Of a DNA stretch of 64,000 nucleotides, positions 62,036-64,000 are shown in pieces. The notes under the pieces are model-generated. The model saw only the letters and a list, made by a program, of their open reading frames with translations, made no database searches and was not told where the DNA came from. Both the position numbers and the translations under genes were made by a program. Every line of letters begins with the position of its first letter. Within the stretch, counting starts at the first letter, position 1. Source of the stretch: Atopobiaceae bacterium (GTDB taxonomy: Bacteria; Actinomycetota; Coriobacteriia; Coriobacteriales; Atopobiaceae); the NCBI GenBank assembly GCA_022655215.1, contig JALCUE010000002.1:424386-488385 (forward strand). The letters run 5' to 3'.

Positions 62036-64000
62036 GTGCGTACCGCAAAGTCTTCCAATACCACCTCCACGACCCAGAGTGGGCGGGTGAGCTTCGGCAA
62101 GATCGACCAAGTCATGGAGCTTCCCAACCTGATCCGTGTCCAGAAGGAGTCCTTCGACCGCTTCATGGACGAGGGCCTTTCCGAGGCCTTCGCCGAGTCG
62201 AGCCCGATCGAGAACGCCGCCGGGACCATGGAGGTCACGTTCGGCGAGCACCAGTTCGGCGATCCCGCGCATACCGTGCAGGAGTGCCGTGCCAAGGACA
62301 TCTCCTACCAGGCTCCTCTCCTCGTTGACGTCCGCTTCGTCAACAAGGAGACAGGCGAGATCAAGGAGCAGCTCGTCTTCATGGGCGACTTCCCGCTCAT
62401 GACCGAGCGCGGCACCTTCGTCATCAACGGCACCGAGCGTGTCGTCGTCTCCCAGCTCGTCCGCTCCCCGGGTGTGTACTTCTCCGAGGAGGTCGACAAC
62501 GGCAACCTGGTCCATCACGTGCAGTTCATCCCCGCGCGTGGTGCTTGGCTCGAGTTCGAGGTCGACAAGCGCGGCCAGCTCGTCGTCTCCATCGACCGCA
62601 AGCGTCGCCAGTCGGCCACGCTCCTGCTCCGCGCCATGGGCATCGCCGTCACCGACGACGAGATCGTGAGCCTGCTCGGCGACTCCGACATCGTCCGCTC
62701 CACCATCGAGCGCGACGTCGCGCAGACGCGCGAGGACGCACTCGTCGAGATCTACAAGCGCCAGCGCCCCGGCGAGCCCCCCACGGTCGACTCCGCCCGT
62801 TCGCTGCTCGAGGGCCTCTATCTCAACTCGCAGCGCTATGACCTCGCCAAGGTCGGTCGTTACAAGATCAACAAGAAGCTCGAGCTCGACATCGACCCGA
62901 CGCAGACCACCCTCACCAACGAGGACATCGTCGCGGCCCTGCGCTACCTGCTCGCGCTCCACGCCGGCGACCCCTCCAAGAAGGTCGACGACATCGACCA
63001 CTTCGGCAACCGCCGCGTGCGCACCGTCGGCGAGCTCGTCCAGAACCAGTTCCGCATCGGCATGAGCCGCATGGAGCGCGTCGTCCGCGAGCGCATGGCC
63101 TCGCAGGACGTCGATGACATCACGCCCCAGTCGCTCATCAACATCCGCCCGATCGTGGCGGCCATCAAGGAGTTCTTCGGGTCCAGCCAGCTGTCCCAGT
63201 TCATGGACCAGTCCAACCCGCTTGCCGGCCTCACGCACAAGCGTCGTCTCTCGGCCCTCGGCCCTGGTGGCCTCGCGGGTCACAAGTCCGGCTCCAGCCG
63301 CCGCACCAACGTGCCCACGGCCGTCCGCGACGTCCATAACTCGCACTACTCCCGCATGTGCCCGATCGAGACCCCCGAAGGCCCGAACATCGGCCTCATC
63401 GGCTCCCTCGCCCTCTACGCCCACGTCAACGGCTACGGCTTCATCGAGGTCCCGTACCGCAAGGTGGTCAAGGGCAAGGCGACCTCCGAGATCGTGTGGA
63501 TGACCGCCGACGAGGAGGAGACCCACGTCATCGCCCCGGCGAACACCCCGGTCGACCCCAAGACCGGCGCCTTCGTCGAGGTCGATTCCAAGACCGGCAA
63601 GATCACCCACCCCGAGCGCATCGTCGCCCGTACGGTCGGCTTCGACGGCACGTTCGGCGCCCCTGCCGAGTGCCCCGTCACCGAGGTCGACTTCATGGAC
63701 GTGAGCCCGCGCCAGCTGCTCTCCGTGGCAGGCACGCTCATCCCGTTCCTCGAGCATGACGACGCGAAGCGTACCCTCATGGGTGCGAACATGCAGCGCC
63801 AGGCCGTACCTCTGATCACCAGCCACGCGCCCATCGTGGGCACGGGCATGGAGCGCAGGGCCGCCCTCGACTCCGGCGAGCTCATCGTCGCCGACAAGGA
63901 CGGCGAGGTCACCGAGGTGGACGCGGCTCACGTCACTATCACCACCGCCGATGGCGACATGCGCTACGACCTGCCCAAGTACCAGCGCTCCAACCAGTCG
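62036..64000 (+). CDS. rpoB: DNA-directed RNA polymerase subunit beta (3' end beyond the window)
   Basis: The frame is open from GTG 62036, which lies 8 nt after GAAGGAGGA, to the window end, so it is absent from the ORF track. The translation is ..[65 protein letters not shown].. An in-frame TGA sits at 62018. Confidence 0.96.
   Translation, partial: MRTAKSSNTTSTTQSGRVSFGKIDQVMELPNLIRVQKESFDRFMDEGLSEAFAESSPIENAAGTMEVTFGEHQFGDPAHTVQECRAKDISYQAPLLVDVRFVNKETGEIKEQLVFMGDFPLMTERGTFVINGTERVVVSQLVRSPGVYFSEEVDNGNLVHHVQFIPARGAWLEFEVDKRGQLVVSIDRKRRQSATLLLRAMGIAVTDDEIVSLLGDSDIVRSTIERDVAQTREDALVEIYKRQRPGEPPTVDSARSLLEGLYLNSQRYDLAKVGRYKINKKLELDIDPTQTTLTNEDIVAALRYLLALHAGDPSKKVDDIDHFGNRRVRTVGELVQNQFRIGMSRMERVVRERMASQDVDDITPQSLINIRPIVAAIKEFFGSSQLSQFMDQSNPLAGLTHKRRLSALGPGGLAGHKSGSSRRTNVPTAVRDVHNSHYSRMCPIETPEGPNIGLIGSLALYAHVNGYGFIEVPYRKVVKGKATSEIVWMTADEEETHVIAPANTPVDPKTGAFVEVDSKTGKITHPERIVARTVGFDGTFGAPAECPVTEVDFMDVSPRQLLSVAGTLIPFLEHDDAKRTLMGANMQRQAVPLITSHAPIVGTGMERRAALDSGELIVADKDGEVTEVDAAHVTITTADGDMRYDLPKYQRSNQS

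Noticed and set aside
1-64000. CRISPR arrays, prophage or IS elements, toxin-antitoxin pairs, and restriction or other defence systems.
   Set aside because: No spaced repeat arrays are present. The only tandem repeats are short coding or intergenic units, which are listed above. No transposase, integrase, phage structural or nuclease/methylase-type ORFs were recognisable on either strand.

Overview
High-GC Gram-positive chromosomal core region. It is Actinomycetota-like in composition but has a Firmicute-like gene order, which by inference fits class Coriobacteriia. I call about 57 protein genes and 9 tRNAs; most are recognisable housekeeping genes.

Gene blocks in order:
1. mfd (5' truncated), a Gfo/Idh/MocA oxidoreductase, an SGNH-esterase::MazG fusion, ftsB/divIC-like, ppx, tRNA-Leu.
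2. A small sugar-utilisation cluster: GntR regulator, TIM-like isomerase, YjbQ, and galactitol-type PTS EIIB and EIIC. No EIIA is present.
3. A PH-like membrane protein, an aminotransferase, tRNA-Glu, two tandem TPR-like paralogs of unknown function, cstA, and an Fe-alcohol dehydrogenase.
4. On the minus strand: catalase, murE, and a HAD phosphatase with its coupled large polytopic membrane protein. Then tRNA-Val.
5. A 795-aa secreted beta-propeller surface protein, murI-rph-rdgB, nagB, an M24 peptidase, veg-ispE, tRNA-Pro.
6. A CWB2 cell-wall-binding protein, a polar amino-acid ABC transporter, mtnP, a spermidine-synthase-like gene, tatA (zinc-ribbon fusion), greA, lysS.
7. clpC-disA-ispD-ispF-cysE-cysS-rlmB-yacP, then tRNA-Thr/Tyr/Thr/Met-tuf, rpmG, tRNA-Trp, secE-nusG-rplK-rplA-rplJ-rplL, and rpoB (3' truncated).

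I found no IS element, integrase, prophage, CRISPR array, or recognisable toxin or defence system. I cannot support a clear multi-gene novel system in this window.

The best leads are:
- unusual domain fusions and tails: SGNH::MazG, TatA::zinc ribbon, a Cys-rich catalase tail, and an L11 tail that resembles the L12 hinge;
- the tandem pair of uncharacterised paralogs;
- a low-GC repeat module at the C-terminus of the CWB2 protein;
- structured or repeat-bearing non-coding gaps next to tRNA-Leu and tRNA-Pro.

All calls rest on reading the sequence and the translations. No database search was run.
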